Positions 30,001 to 45,000 of a stretch of DNA of 64,000 nt are shown here, piece by piece. Position 1 is the stretch's first letter, and every line of letters starts with the position of its first letter. The stretch is taken from NCBI RefSeq assembly GCF_030144855.1, contig NC_082722.1:2356001-2420000 (forward strand), written 5' to 3'. The notes under the pieces were generated by a model. It was not told the origin of the DNA, did no database searches, and saw nothing but the letters and a program-made list of their open reading frames with translations. Source of the DNA: Hypanus sabinus (lineage: Eukaryota). Made by a program: the position numbers and the translations under genes.

Positions 30001-33000
30001 GACCAGATGGCACAGTTCCAGAGTACAGGACCAGTTGGCAGGTCTCAGATAACAGGACCAGATGGCACCGTCTCAGAGTACTGGACCATATGGCACATTC
30101 TTAGAGTACCGGACCAGATGGCAAGTCTCAGAGTCCAGGACCAGATGGCTCAGTCTCAGAGTACAGGACCAGATGGCACCGTCTCAGTCAAGGACCAGAT
30201 GGCACAGTCTCAGAGTACAGGACCTGTTGGCAACGTCTCAGAGTACAGGACCAGATGGCACCGTCTCAGAGTACAGGACCAGATGGCACCGTCTCAGTGT
30301 ACAGGACCAGATGGCACCATCTGAGAGTACAGGACCAGATGGCACAGTCTCTGAGTAGAGGACCAGATGGCACAGTCTCAGAGTACAGGACCAGATGGCA
30401 CCATCTGAGAGTACAGGACCAGATGGCACCATCTGAGAGTACAGGACCAGATGGCACAGTCTCTGAGTAGAGGACCAGATGGCACCGTCTCAGAGACAAG
30501 GACCAGATGGCACCGTCTCAGTGTACAGGACCAGATGGCACCATCTGAGAGTACAGGACTAGATGGCACAGTCTCAGAGTACAGGACCAGATGGCACCGC
30601 CTCAGAGTACAGGACCAGATGGCACCGTCTCAGTGTACAGGACCAGATGGTACAGTCTCAGAGTACAGGACCAGATGGCACCGTCTCAGATTTCAGGACT
30701 AGATGGCACAGTCTCAGAGTACAGGACCAGATCGCACCGTCTCAGAGTACAGGACCAGATGGTACAGTCTCAGAGTACAGGACCAGATGGCACCGTCTCA
30801 GATTTCAGGACTAGATGGCACAGTCTCAGTGTACAGGACTAGATGGCACAGTCTCAGATGGCACCATCTCAGAGTACAGGACCAGATGGCACCGCCTCAG
30901 TGTACAGGACCAAATGGTACAGTCTCAGAGTACAGTACCAGATGGCACAGTCTCAGAATACAGGACCAGATGGCACCGTCTCAGTGTACAGGACCAGATG
31001 GCACCGTCTCAGAGTCAAGGACCAGATGGCACCACCTCAGATTACAGGACCAGATGGCACAGTCCCAGAGTACAGGACCAGTTGGCAGGTCTCAGAGAAC
31101 AGGACCAGATGGCACAGTCTCAGAGTACAGGACCAGATGGCACATTCTCAGAGAACAGGACCAGATGGCTCAGTCTCAGAGTCCAGGACCAGTTGGCTCA
31201 GTCTCAGAGTACAGGACCAGATGGCACATTCTCAGAATACAGGACCAGTTCGCACCGTCTCAGAGAACAGGAACAGATGGCACAGTCTCAGAGTACAGGA
31301 CCAGATTGCACCGTCTCAGAATACAGGACCAGATGGCACAGTCTCAGAATACAGGACCAGATGGCACACTCAGAGTACTGGACCAGATTGCACCGTCTCA
31401 GAATACAGGACCAGATGGCACAGTCTCAGAATACAGGACCAGATGGCACACTCAGAGTACTGGACCAGATTGCACCACCTCAGATTACAGGACCAGATGG
31501 CACAGTCCCAGAGTACAGGACCAGTTGGCAGGTCTCAGAGAACAGGACCAGATGGCACCGTCTCAGAGTAAAGGACCAGATGGTACAGTCTCAGAGTACA
31601 GGACCAGATGGTACAGTCTCAGAGTACAGGACCAGATGCTACAGTCTCAGAGTACAGGACCAGATCGCACCGTCTCAGAGTACAGGACTAGATCGCACCG
31701 TCTCAGAGTACAGGAGCAGATGGCACTGTCTCAGAGTACAGGAGCAGATGGCACTGTCTCAGAGTACAGGACCAGATGACACCGTCTCAGAGTACAGGAC
31801 CAGATGGCACCGTCTCAGAGTACTGGACTAGATGGCACCGTCTCAGAGTACAGGACCAGATGGCACCGTCTCATATTTCAGGACTAGATGGCACAGTCTC
31901 AGAGTACAGGACCAGATCGCACCGTCTCAGAGTACAGGACCAGATGGTACAGTCTCAGAGTACAGGACCAGATGGCACCGTCTCAGATTTCAGGACTAGA
32001 TGGCACAGTCTCAGAATACAGGACCAGATGGCACCATCTCAGAGTCAAGGACCAGATGGCACCACCTCAGATTACAGGACCAGATGGCACAGTCCCAGAG
32101 TACAGGACCAGTTGTCAGGTCTCAGAGAACAGGACCAGATGGCACAGTCTCAGAGTACAGGACCAGATGGCACATTCTCAGAGAACAGGACCAGATGGCT
32201 CAGTCACAGAGTCCAGGACCAGTTGGCTCAGTCTCAGAGTACAGGACCAGATGGCACATTCTCAGAATACAGGACCAGTTCGCACCGTCTCAGAGAACAG
32301 GAACAGATGGCACAGTCTCAGAGTACAGGACCAGATGGCACTGTCTCAGAGTAAAGGACCAGATGGCACTGTCTCAGAGTACTGGACTAGATGGCACCGC
32401 CTCAGATTACAGGACCAGATGGCACAGTTCCAGAGTACAGGACCAGTTGGCAGGTCTCAGATAACAGGACCAGATGGCACCGTCTCAGAGTACTGGACCA
32501 TATGGCACATTCTTAGAGTACCGGACCAGATGGCAAGTCTCAGAGTCCAGGACCAGATGGCTCAGTCTCAGAGTACAGGACCAGATGGCACCGTCTCAGT
32601 CAAGGACCAGATGGCACAGTCTCAGAGTACAGGACCTGTTGGCAACGTCTCAGAGTACAGGACCAGATGGCACCGTCTCAGAGTACAGGACCAGATGGCA
32701 CCGTCTCAGTGTACAGGACCAGATGGCACCATCTGAGAGTACAGGACCAGATGGCACAGTCTCTGAGTAGAGGACCAGATGGCACAGTCTCAGAGTACAG
32801 GACCAGATGGCACCATCTGAGAGTACAGGACCAGATGGCACCATCTGAGAGTACAGGACCAGATGGCACAGTCTCTGAGTAGAGGACCAGATGGCACCGT
32901 CTCAGAGACAAGGACCAGATGGCACCGTCTCAGTGTACAGGACCAGATGGCACCATCTGAGAGTACAGGACTAGATGGCACCGTCCCAGAGTACTGGACT

Positions 33001-36000
33001 AGATGGCACCGCCTCAGATTACAGGACCAGATGGCACAGTTCCAGAGTACAGGACCAGTTGACAGGTCTCAGATAACAGGACCAGATGGCACCGTCTCAG
33101 AGTACTGGACCATATGGCACATTCTTAGAGTACCGGACCAGATGGCAAGTCTCAGAGTCCAGGACCAGATGGCTCAGTCTCAGAGTACAGGACCAGATGG
33201 CACCGTCTCAGTCAAGGACCAGATGGCACAGTCTCAGAGTACAGGACCTGGCAACGTCTCAGAGTACAGGACCAGATGGCACCGTCTCAGAGTACAGGAC
33301 CAGATGACACCGTCTCAGTGTACAGGACCAGATGGCACCATCTGAGAGTACAGGACGAGATGGCACAGTCTCTGAGTAGAGGACCAGATGGCACAGTCTC
33401 AGAGTACAGGACCAGATGGCACCATCTGAGAGTACAGGACCAGATGGCACCATCTGAGAGTACAGGACCAGATGGCACAGTCTCAGAATACAGGACCAGA
33501 TGGCACAGTCTCAGAATACAGGACCAGATGGCACACTCAGAGTACTGGACCAGATTGCACCGTCTCAGAATACAGGACCAGATGGCACAGTCTCAGAATA
33601 CAGGACCAGATGGCACACTCAGAGTACTGGACCAGATTGCACCACCTCAGATTACAGGACCAGATGGCACAGTCCCAGAGTACAGGACCAGTTGGCAGGT
33701 CTCAGAGAACAGGACCAGATGGCACCGTCTCAGCGTAAAGGACCAGATGGTACAGTCTCAGAGTACAGGACCAGATGGTACAGTCTCAGAGTACAGGACC
33801 AGATGGTACAGTCTCAGAGTACAGGACCAGATGCTACAGTCTCAGAGTACAGGACCAGATCGCACCGTCTCAGAGTACAGGACTAGATCGCACCGTCTCA
33901 GAGTACAGGAGCAGATGGCACTGTCTCAGAGTACAGGAGCAGATGGCACTGTCTCAGAGTACAGGACCAGATGACACCGTCTCAGAGTACAGGACCAGAT
34001 GGCACCGTCTCAGAGTACTGGACTAGATGGCACCGTCTCAGAGTACAGGACCAGATGGCACCGTCTCATATTTCTGGACTAGATGGCACAGTCTCAGAGT
34101 ACAGGACCAGATCGCACCGTCTCAGAGTACAGGACCAGATGGTACAGTCTCAGAGTACAGGACCAGATGGCACCGTCTCAGATTTCAGGACTAGATGGCA
34201 CAGTCTCAGAATACAGGACCAGATGGCACCATCTCAGAGTCAAGGACCAGATGGCACCACCTCAGATTACAGGACCAGATGGCACAGTCCCAGAGTACAG
34301 GACCAGTTGTCAGGTCTCAGAGAACAGGACCAGATGGCACAGTCTCAGAGTACAGGACTAGATGGCACATTCTCAGAGAACAGGACCAGATGGCTCAGTC
34401 TCAGAGTCCAGGACCAGTTGGCTCAGTCTCAGAGTACAGGACCAGATGGCACATTCTCAGAATACAGGCCCAGTTCGCACCGTCTCAGAGAACAGGAACA
34501 GATGGCACAGTCTCAGAGTACAGGACCAGATGGCACTGTCTCAGAGTAAAGGACCAGATGGCACTGTCTCAGAGTACTGGACTAGATGGCACCGCCTCAG
34601 ATTACAGGACCAGATGGCACAGTTCCAGAGTACAGGACCAGTTGGCAGGTCTCAGATAACAGGACCAGATGGCACCGTCTCAGAGTACTGGACCATATGG
34701 CACATTCTTAGAGTACCGGACAAGATGGCAAGTCTCAGAGTCCAGGACCAGATGGCTCAGTCTCAGAGTACAGGACCAGATGGCACCGTCTCAGTCAAGG
34801 ACCAGATGGCACAGTCTCAGAGTACAGGACCTGTTGGCAACGTCTCAGAGTACAGGACCAGATGGCACCGTCTCAGAGTACAGGACCAGATGGCACCGTC
34901 TCAGTGTACAGGACCAGATGGCACCATCTGAGAGTACAGGACCAGATGGCACAGTCTCTGAGTAGAGGACCAGATGGCACAGTCTCAGAGTACAGGACCA
35001 GATGGCACCATCTGAGAGTACAGGACCAGATGGCACCATCTGAGAGTACAGGACCAGATGGCACAGTCTCTGAGTAGAGGACCAGATGGCACCGTCTCAG
35101 AGACAAGGACCAGATGGCACCGTCTCAGTGTACAGGACCAGATGGCACCATCTGAGAGTACAGGACTAGATGGCACCGTCCCAGAGTACTGGACTAGATG
35201 GCACCGCCTCAGATTACAGGACCAGATGGCACAGTTCCAGAGTACAGGACCAGTTGACAGGTCTCAGATAACAGGACCAGATGGCACCGTCTCAGAGTAC
35301 TGGACCATATGGCACATTCTTAGAGTACCGGACCAGATGGCAAGTCTCAGAGTCCAGGACCAGATGGCTCAGTCTCAGAGTACAGGACCAGATGGCACCG
35401 TCTCAGTCAAGGACCAGATGGCACAGTCTCAGAGTACAGGACCTGGCAACGTCTCAGAGTACAGGACCAGATGGCACCGTCTCAGAGTACAGGACCAGAT
35501 GGCACCGTCTCAGTGTACAGGACCAGATGGCACCATCTGAGAGTACAGGACGAGATGGCACAGTCTCTGAGTAGAGGACCAGATGGCACAGTCTCAGAGT
35601 ACAGGACCAGATGGCACCATCTGAGAGTACAGGACCAGATGGCACCATCTGAGAGTACAGGACCAGATGGCACAGTCTCTGAGTAGAGGACCAGATGGCA
35701 CCGTCTCAGAGAAAAGGACCAGATGGCACCGTCTCAGTGTACAGGACCAGATGGCACCATCTGAGAGTACAGGACTAGATGGCACAGTCTCAGAGTACAG
35801 GACCAGATGGCACCGCCTCAGAGTACAGGACCAGATGGCACCGTCTCAGTGTACAGGACCAGATGGTACCGTCTCAGAGTACAGGACCAGATCGCACCGT
35901 CTCAGAGTACAGGACCAGATGGTACAGTCTCAGAGTACAGGACCAGATGGCACCGTCTCAGATTTCAGGACTAGATGGCACAGTCTCAGTGTACAGGACT

Positions 36001-39000
36001 AGATGGCACAGTCTCAGATGGCACCATCTCAGAGTACAGGACCAGATGGCACCGCCTCAGTGTACAGGACCAAATGGTACAGTCTCAGAGTACAGTACCA
36101 GATGGCACAGTCTCAGAATACAGGACCAGATGGCACCGTCTCAGTGTACAGGACCAGATGGCACCGTCTCAGAGTCAAGGACCAGATGGCACCACCTCAG
36201 ATTACAGGACCAGATGGCACAGTCCCAGAGTACAGGACCAGTTGGCAGGTCTCAGAGAACAGGACCAGATGGCACAGTCTCAGAGTACAGGACCAGATGG
36301 CACATTCTCAGAGTACAGGACCAGATGGCACATTCTCAGAATACAGGACCAGTTCGCACCGTCTCAGAGAACAGGAACAGATGGCACAGTCTCAGAGTAC
36401 AGGACCAGATTGCACCGTCTCAGAATACAGGACCAGATGGCACAGTCTCAGAATACAGGACCAGATGGCACACTCAGAGTACTGGACCAGATTGCACCGT
36501 CTCAGAATACAGGACCAGATGGCACACTCAGAGTACTGGACCAGATTGCACCACCTCAGATTACAGGACCAGATGGCACAGTCCCAGAGTACAGGACCAG
36601 TTGGCAAGTCTCAGAGAACAGGACCAGATGGCACCGTCTCAGAGTAAAGGACCAGATGGTACAGTCTCAGAGTACAGGACCAGATGGTACAGTCTCAGAG
36701 TACAGGACCAGATGGTACAGTCTCAGAGTACAGGACCAGTTGTCAGGTCTCAGAGTACAGGACCAGATCGCACCGTCTCAGATTACAGGAGCAGATGGCA
36801 CTGTCTCAGAGAACAGGACCAGATGGCTCAGTCTCAGAGTCCAGGACCAGTTGGCTCAGTCTCAGAGTACAGGACCAGATGGCACATTCTCAGAATACAG
36901 GACCAGTTCGCACCGTCTCAGAGAACAGGAACAGATGGCACAGTCTCAGAGTCCAGGACCAGTTGGCTCAGTCTCAGAGTACAGGACCAGATGGCACATT
37001 CTCAGAATACAGGACCAGTTCGCACCGTCTCAGAGAACAGGAACAGATGGCACAGTCTCAGAGTACAGGACCAGATGGCACTGTCTCAGAGTAAAGGACC
37101 AGATGGCACTGTCTCAGAGTTCAGGACCAGATGACACCGTCGCAGAGTACAGGACCAGATGGCACCGTCCCAGAGTACTGGACTAGATGGCACCGCCTCA
37201 GATTACAGGACCAGATGGCACAGTTCCAGAGTACAGGACCAGTTGGCAGGTCTCAGATAACAGGACCAGATGGCACCGTCTCAGAGTCCAGGACCAGATG
37301 GCTCAGTCTCAGAGTACAGGACCAGATGGCACCGTCTCAGTCAAGGACCAGATGGCACAGTCTCAGAGTACAGGACCTGTTGGCAACGTCTCAGAATACA
37401 GGACCAGATGGCACCGTCTCAGAGTACAGGACCAGATGGCACCGTCTCAGTGTACAGGACCAGATGGCACCATCTCAGAGTCAAGGACCAGATGGCACCA
37501 CCTCAGATTACAGGACCAGATGGCACAGTCCCAGAGTACAGGACCAGTTGTCAGGTCTCAGAGAACAGGACCAGATGGCACAGTCTCAGAGTACAGGACC
37601 AGATGGCACATTCTCAGAGAACAGGACCAGATGGCTCAGTCTCAGAGTCCAGGACCAGTTGGCTCAGTCTCAGAGTACAGGACCAGATGGCACATTCTCA
37701 GAATACAGGACCAGTTCGCACCGTCTCAGAGAACAGGAACAGATGGCACAGTCTCAGAGTACAGGACCAGATGGCACTGTCTCAGAGTAAAGGACCAGAT
37801 GGCACTGTCTCAGAGTTCAGGACCAGATGACACCGTCGCAGAGTACAGGACCAGATGGCACCGTCCCAGAGTACTGGACTAGATGGCACCGCCTCAGATT
37901 ACAGGACCAGATGGCACAGTTCCAGAGTACAGGACCAGTTGGCAGGTCTCAGATAACAGGACCAGATGGCACCGTCTCAGAGTACTGGACCATATGGCAC
38001 ATTCTTAGAGTACCGGACCAGATGGCAAGTCTCAGAGTCCAGGACCAGATGGCTCAGTCTCAGAGTACAGGACCAGATGGCACCGTCTCAGTCAAGGACC
38101 AGATGGCACAGTCTCAGAGTACAGGACCTGTTGGCAACGTCTCAGAGTACAGGACCAGATGGCACCGTCTCAGAGTACAGGACCAGATGGCACCGTCTCA
38201 GTGTACAGGACCAGATGGCACCATCTGAGAGTACAGGACCAGATGGCACAGTCTCTGAGTAGAGGACCAGATGGCACAGTCTCAGAGTACAGGACCAGAT
38301 GGCACCATCTGAGAGTACAGGACCAGATGGCACCATCTGAGAGTACAGGACCAGATGGCACAGTCTCTGAGTAGAGGACCAGATGGCACCGTCTCAGAAA
38401 CAAGGACCAGATGGCACCGTCTCAGTGTACAGGACCAGATGGCACCATCTGAGAGTACAGGACTAGATGGCACAGTCTCAGAGTACAGGACCAGATGGCA
38501 CCGCCTCAGAGTACAGGACCAGATGGCACCGTCCAGTGTACAGGACCAGATGGTACAGTCTCAGAGTACAGGACCAGATGGCACCGTCTCAGATTTCAGG
38601 ACTAGATGGCACAGTCTCAGAGTACAGGACCAGATCGCACCGTCTCAGAGTACAGGACCAGATGGTACAGTCTCAGAGTACAGGACCAGATGGCACCGTC
38701 TCAGATTTCAGGACTAGATGGCACAGTCTCAGTGTACAGGACTAAATGGCACAGTCTCAGATGGCACCATCTCAGAGTACAGGACCAGATGGCACCGCCT
38801 CAGTGTACAGGACCAAATGGTACAGTCTCAGAGTACAGTACCAGATGGCACAGTCTCAGAATACAGGACCAGATGGCACCGTCTCAGTGTACAGGACCAG
38901 ATGGCACCGTCTCAGTGTCAAGGACCAGATGGCACCACCTCAGATTACAGGACCAGATGGCACAGTCCCAGAGTACAGGACCAGTTGGCAGGTCTCAGAG

Positions 39001-42000
39001 AACAGGACCAGATGGCACCGTCTCAGAGTACAGGACCAGATGGCACATTCTCAGAGTACAGGACCAGATGGCTCAGTCTCAGAGTCCAGGACCAGTTGGC
39101 TCAGTCTCAGAGTACAGGACCAGATGGCACATTCTCAGAGTACAGGACCAGTTCGCACCGTCTCAGAGAACAGGAACAGATGGCACAGTCTCAGAGTACA
39201 GGACCAGATTGCACCGTCTCAGAATACAGGAACAGATGGCACAGTCTCAGAATACAGGACCAGATGGCACACTCAGAGTACTCGACCAGATTGCACCGTC
39301 TCAGAGTACAGGACCAGATGGTACAGTCTCAGAGTACAGGACCAGATGGTACAGTCTCAGAGTACAGGACCAGATCGCACCGTCTCAGAGTACAGGACTA
39401 GATCGCACCGTCTCAGAGTACAGGAGCAGATGGCACAGTCTCTGAGTAGAGTACCAGATGGCACAGTCTCAGAGTACAGGACCTGTTGGCAACGTCTCAG
39501 AGTACAGGACCAGATGGCACCGTCTCAGAGTACAGGACCAGATGGCACCGTCTCAGTGTACAGGACCAGATGGCACCATCTGAGAGTACAGGACCAGATG
39601 GCACAGTCTCTGAGTAGAGGACCAGATGGCACAGTCTCAGAGTACAGGACCAGATGGCACCATCTGAGAGTACAGGACCAGATGGCACCATCTGAGAGTA
39701 CAGGACCAGATGGCACAGTCTCTGAGTAGAGGACCAGATGGCACCGTCTCAGAGACAAGGACCAGATGGCACCGTCTCAGTGTACAGGACCAGATGGCAC
39801 CGTCTCAGAGTACAGGACCAAATGGTACAGTCTCAGAGTACAGTACCAGATGGCACAGTCTCAGAATACAGGACCAGATGGCACCATCTCAGAGTACTGG
39901 ACCAGATGGCACCGCCTCAGAGTACAGGACCAGATGGCACCGTCTCAGAGTACAGGACCAGATGGCACCGTCTCAGAGTCAAGGACCAGATGGCACCGTC
40001 TCAGATTACAGGACCAGATGGCACAGTCCCAGAGTACAAGACCAGTTGGCAGGTCTCAGAGTAGAGGACCAGTTGGTAACGTCTCAGAGTACAGGACCAG
40101 ATGGCACCGTCTCAGAGTACAGGACCAGATGGCACCATCTCAGAGTCAAGGACCAGATGGCACAGTCTCAGAGTACAGGACCTGTTGGCAACGTCTCAGA
40201 GTACAGGACCAGATGGCACAGTCTCAGAGTACAGAACCAGATGGCACAGTCTCAGAGTACAGGACCAGATGGTACCGTCTCAGAGTACAGGACCAGATGG
40301 TACCGTCTCAGAGTACAGGACCAGATGGCACAGTCTCAGAGTACAGGACCAGATGGCACCGAGTCAGAGTACAGGACCAGATGGTACCGTCTCAGAGTAC
40401 AGGACCAGATGGCACCGTCTCAGAGTACAGGACCAGATGCTACAGTCTCAGAGTGCAGGACCAGATGGCACCGTCTCAGAGTACAGGACCAGATGGTACA
40501 GTCTCAGAGTGCAGGACCAGATGGTACAGTCTCAGAGTACAGGACCAGATCGCACCGTCTCAGAGTACAGGACCAGATCGCACCGTCTCAGTGTACAGGA
40601 CCAGATGGCACCATCTGAGAGTACAGGACCAGATGGCACAGTCTCTGAGTAGAGGACCAGATGGCACAGTCTCAGAGTACAGGACCAGATGGCACCATCT
40701 GAGAGTACAGGACCAGATGGCACCATCTGAGAGTACAGGACCAGATGGCACAGTCTCTGAGTAGAGGACCAGATGGCACCGTCTCAGAGACAAGGACCAG
40801 ATGGCACCGTCTCAGTGTACAGGACCAGATGGCACCATCTGAGAGTACAGGACTAGATGGCACAGTCTCAGAGTACAGGACCAGATGGCACCGCCTCAGA
40901 GTACAGGACCAGATGGCACCGTCCAGTGTACAGGACCAGATGGTACAGTCTCAGAGTACAGGACCAGATGGCACCGTCTCAGATTTCAGGACTAGATGGC
41001 ACAGTCTCAGAGTACAGGACCAGATCGCACCGTCTCAGAGTACAGGACCAGATGGTACAGTCTCAGAGTACAGGACCAGATGGCACCGTCTCAGATTTCA
41101 GGACTAGATGGCACAGTCTCAGTGTACAGGACTAGATGGCACAGTCTCAGATGGCACCATCTCAGAGTACAGGACCAGATGGCACCGCCTCAGTGTACAG
41201 GACCAAATGGTACAGTCTCAGAGTACAGTACCAGATGGCACAGTCTCAGAATACAGGACCAGATGGCACCGTCTCAGTGTACAGGACCAGATGGCACCGT
41301 CTTTGAGTCAAGGACCAGATGGCACCACCTCAGATTACAGGACCAGATGGCACAGTCCCAGAGTACAGGACCAGTTGGCAGGTCTCAGAGAACAGGACCA
41401 GATGGCACCGTCTCAGAGTACAGGACCAGATGGCACATTCTCAGAGTCCAGGACCAGATGGCTCAGTCTCAGAGTCCAGGACCAGTTGGCTCAGTCTCAG
41501 AGTACAGGACCAGATGGCACATTCTCAGAGTACAGGACCAGTTCGCACCGTCTCAGAGAACAGGAACAGATGGCACAGTCTCAGAGTACAGGACCAGATT
41601 GCACCGTCTCAGAATACAGGAACAGATGGCACAGTCTCAGAATACAGGACCAGATGGCACACTCAGAGTACTCGACCAGATTGCACCGTCTCAGAGTACA
41701 GGACCAGATGGTACAGTCTCAGAGTACAGGACCAGATGGTACAGTCTCAGAGTACAGGACCAGATCGCACCGTCTCAGAGTACAGGACTAGATCGCACCG
41801 TCTCAGAGTACAGGAGCAGATGGCACAGTCTCTGAGTAGAGTACCAGATGGCACAGTCTCAGAGTACAGGACCTGTTGGCAACGTCTCAGAGTACAGGAC
41901 CAGATGGCACCGTCTCAGAGTACAGGACCAGATGGCACCGTCTCAGTGTACAGGACCAGATGGCACCATCTGAGAGTACAGGACCAGATGGCACAGTCTC

Positions 42001-45000
42001 TGAGTAGAGGACCAGATGGCACAGTCTCAGAGTACAGGACCAGATGGCACCATCTGAGAGTACAGGACCAGATGGCACCATCTGAGAGTACAGGACCAGA
42101 TGGCACAGTCTCTGAGTAGAGGACCAGATGGCACCGTCTCAGAGACAAGGACCAGATGGCACCGTCTCAGTGTACAGGACCAGATGGCACCGTCTCAGAG
42201 TACAGGACCAAATGGTACAGTCTCAGAGTACAGTACCAGATGGCACAGTCTCAGAATACAGGACCAGATGGCACCATCTCAGAGTACTGGACCAGATGGC
42301 ACCGCCTCAGAGTACAGGACCAGATGGCACCGTCTCAGTGTACAGGACCAGATGGCACCGTCTCAGAGTCAAGGACCAGATGGCACCGTCTCAGATTACA
42401 GGACCAGATGGCACAGTCCCAGAGTACAAGACCAGTTGGCAGGTCTCAGAGTAGAGGACCAGTTGGTAACGTCTCAGAGTACAGGACCAGATGGCACCGT
42501 CTCAGAGTACAGGACCAGATGGCACCATCTCAGAGTCAAGGACCAGATGGCACAGTCTCAGAGTACAGGACCTGTTGGCAACGTCTCAGAGTACAGGACC
42601 AGATGGCACAGTCTCAGAGTACAGAACCAGATGGCACAGTCTCAGAGTACAGGACCAGATGGTACCGTCTCAGAGTACAGGACCAGATGGCACAGTCTCA
42701 GAGTACAGGACCAGATGGCACCGAGTCAGAGTACAGGACCAGATGGTACCGTCTCAGAGTACAGGACCAGATGGCACCGTCTCAGAGTACAGGACCAGAT
42801 GCTACAGTCTCAGAGTGCAGGACCAGATGGCACCGTCTCAGAGTACAGGACCAGATGGTACAGTCTCAGAGTGCAGGACCAGATGGTACAGTCTCAGAGT
42901 ACAGGACCAGATCGCACCGTCTCAGAGTACAGGACCAGATCGCACCGTCTCAGTGTACAGGACCAGATGGCACCATCTGAGAGTACAGGACCAGATGGCA
43001 CAGTCTCTGAGTAGAGGACCAGATGGCACAGTCTCAGAGTACAGGACCAGATGGCACCATCTGAGAGTACAGGACCAGATGGCACCATCTGAGAGTACAG
43101 GACCAGATGGCACAGTCTCTGAGTAGAGGACCAGATGGCACCGTCTCAGAGACAAGGACCAGATGGCACCGTCTCAGTGTACAGGACCAGATGGCACCAT
43201 CTGAGAGTACAGGACTAGATGGCACAGTCTCAGAGTACAGGACCAGATGGCACCGCCTCAGAGTACAGGACCAGATGGCACCGTCCAGTGTACAGGACCA
43301 GATGGTACAGTCTCAGAGTACAGGACCAGATGGCACCGTCTCAGATTTCAGGACTAGATGGCACAGTCTCAGAGTACAGGACCAGATCGCACCGTCTCAG
43401 AGTACAGGACCAGATGGTACAGTCTCAGAGTACAGGACCAGATGGCACCGTCTCAGATTTCAGGACTAGATGGCACAGTCTCAGTGTACAGGACTAGATG
43501 GCACAGTCTCAGATGGCACCATCTCAGAGTACAGGACCAGATGGCACCGCCTCAGTGTACAGGACCAAATGGTACAGTCTCAGAGTACAGTACCAGATGG
43601 CACAGTCTCAGAATACAGGACCAGATGGCACCGTCTCAGTGTACAGGACCAGATGGCACCGTCTCAGAGTCAAGGACCAGATGGCACCACCTCAGATTAC
43701 AGGACCAGATGGCACAGTCCCAGAGTACAGGACCAGTTGGCAGGTCTCAGAGAACAGGACCAGATGGCACCGTCTCAGAGTACAGGACCAGATGGCACAT
43801 TCTCAGAGTCCAGGACCAGATGGCTCAGTCTCAGAGTCCAGGACCAGTTGGCTCAGTCTCAGAGTACAGGACCAGATGGCACATTCTCAGAGTACAGGAC
43901 CAGTTCGCACCGTCTCAGAGAACAGGAACAGATGGCACAGTCTCAGAGTACAGGACCAGATTGCACCGTCTCAGAATACAGGAACAGATGGCACAGTCTC
44001 AGAATACAGGACCAGATGGCACACTCAGAGTACTCGACCAGATTGCAGCGTCTCAGAGTACAGGACCAGATGGTACAGTCTCAGAGTACAGGACCAGATG
44101 GTACAGTCTCAGAGTACAGGACCAGATCGCACCGTCTCAGAGTACAGGACTAGATCGCACCGTCTCAGAGTACAGGAGCAGATGGCACAGTCTCTGAGTA
44201 GAGTACCAGATGGCACAGTCTCAGAGTACAGGACCTGTTGGCAACGTCTCAGAGTACAGGACCAGATGGCACCGTCTCAGAGTACAGGACCAGATGGCAC
44301 CGTCTCAGTGTACAGGACCAGATGGCACCATCTGAGAGTACAGGACCAGATGGCACAGTCTCTGAGTAGAGGACCAGATGGCACAGTCTCAGAGTACAGG
44401 ACCAGATGGCACCATCTGAGAGTACAGGACCAGATGGCACCATCTGAGAGTACAGGACCAGATGGCACAGTCTCTGAGTAGAGGACCAGATGGCACCGTC
44501 TCAGAGACAAGGACCAGATGGCACCGTCTCAGTGTACAGGACCAGATGGCACCGTCTCAGAGTACAGGACCAAATGGTACAGTCTCAGAGTACAGTACCA
44601 GATGGCACAGTCTCAGAATACAGGACCAGATGGCACCATCTCAGAGTACTGGACCAGATGGCACCGCCTCAGAGTACAGGACCAGATGGCACCGTCTCAG
44701 TGTACAGGACCAGATGGCACCGTCTCAGAGTCAAGGACCAGATGGCACCGTCTCAGATTACAGGACCAGATGGCACAGTCCCAGAGTACAAGACCAGTTG
44801 GCAGGTCTCAGAGTAGAGGACCAGTTGGTAACGTCTCAGAGTACAGGACCAGATGGCACCGTCTCAGAGTACAGGACCAGATGGCACCATCTCAGAGTCA
44901 AGGACCAGATGGCACAGTCTCAGAGTACAGGACCTGTTGGCAACGTCTCAGAGTACAGGACCAGATGGCACAGTCTCAGAGTACAGAACCAGATGGCACA

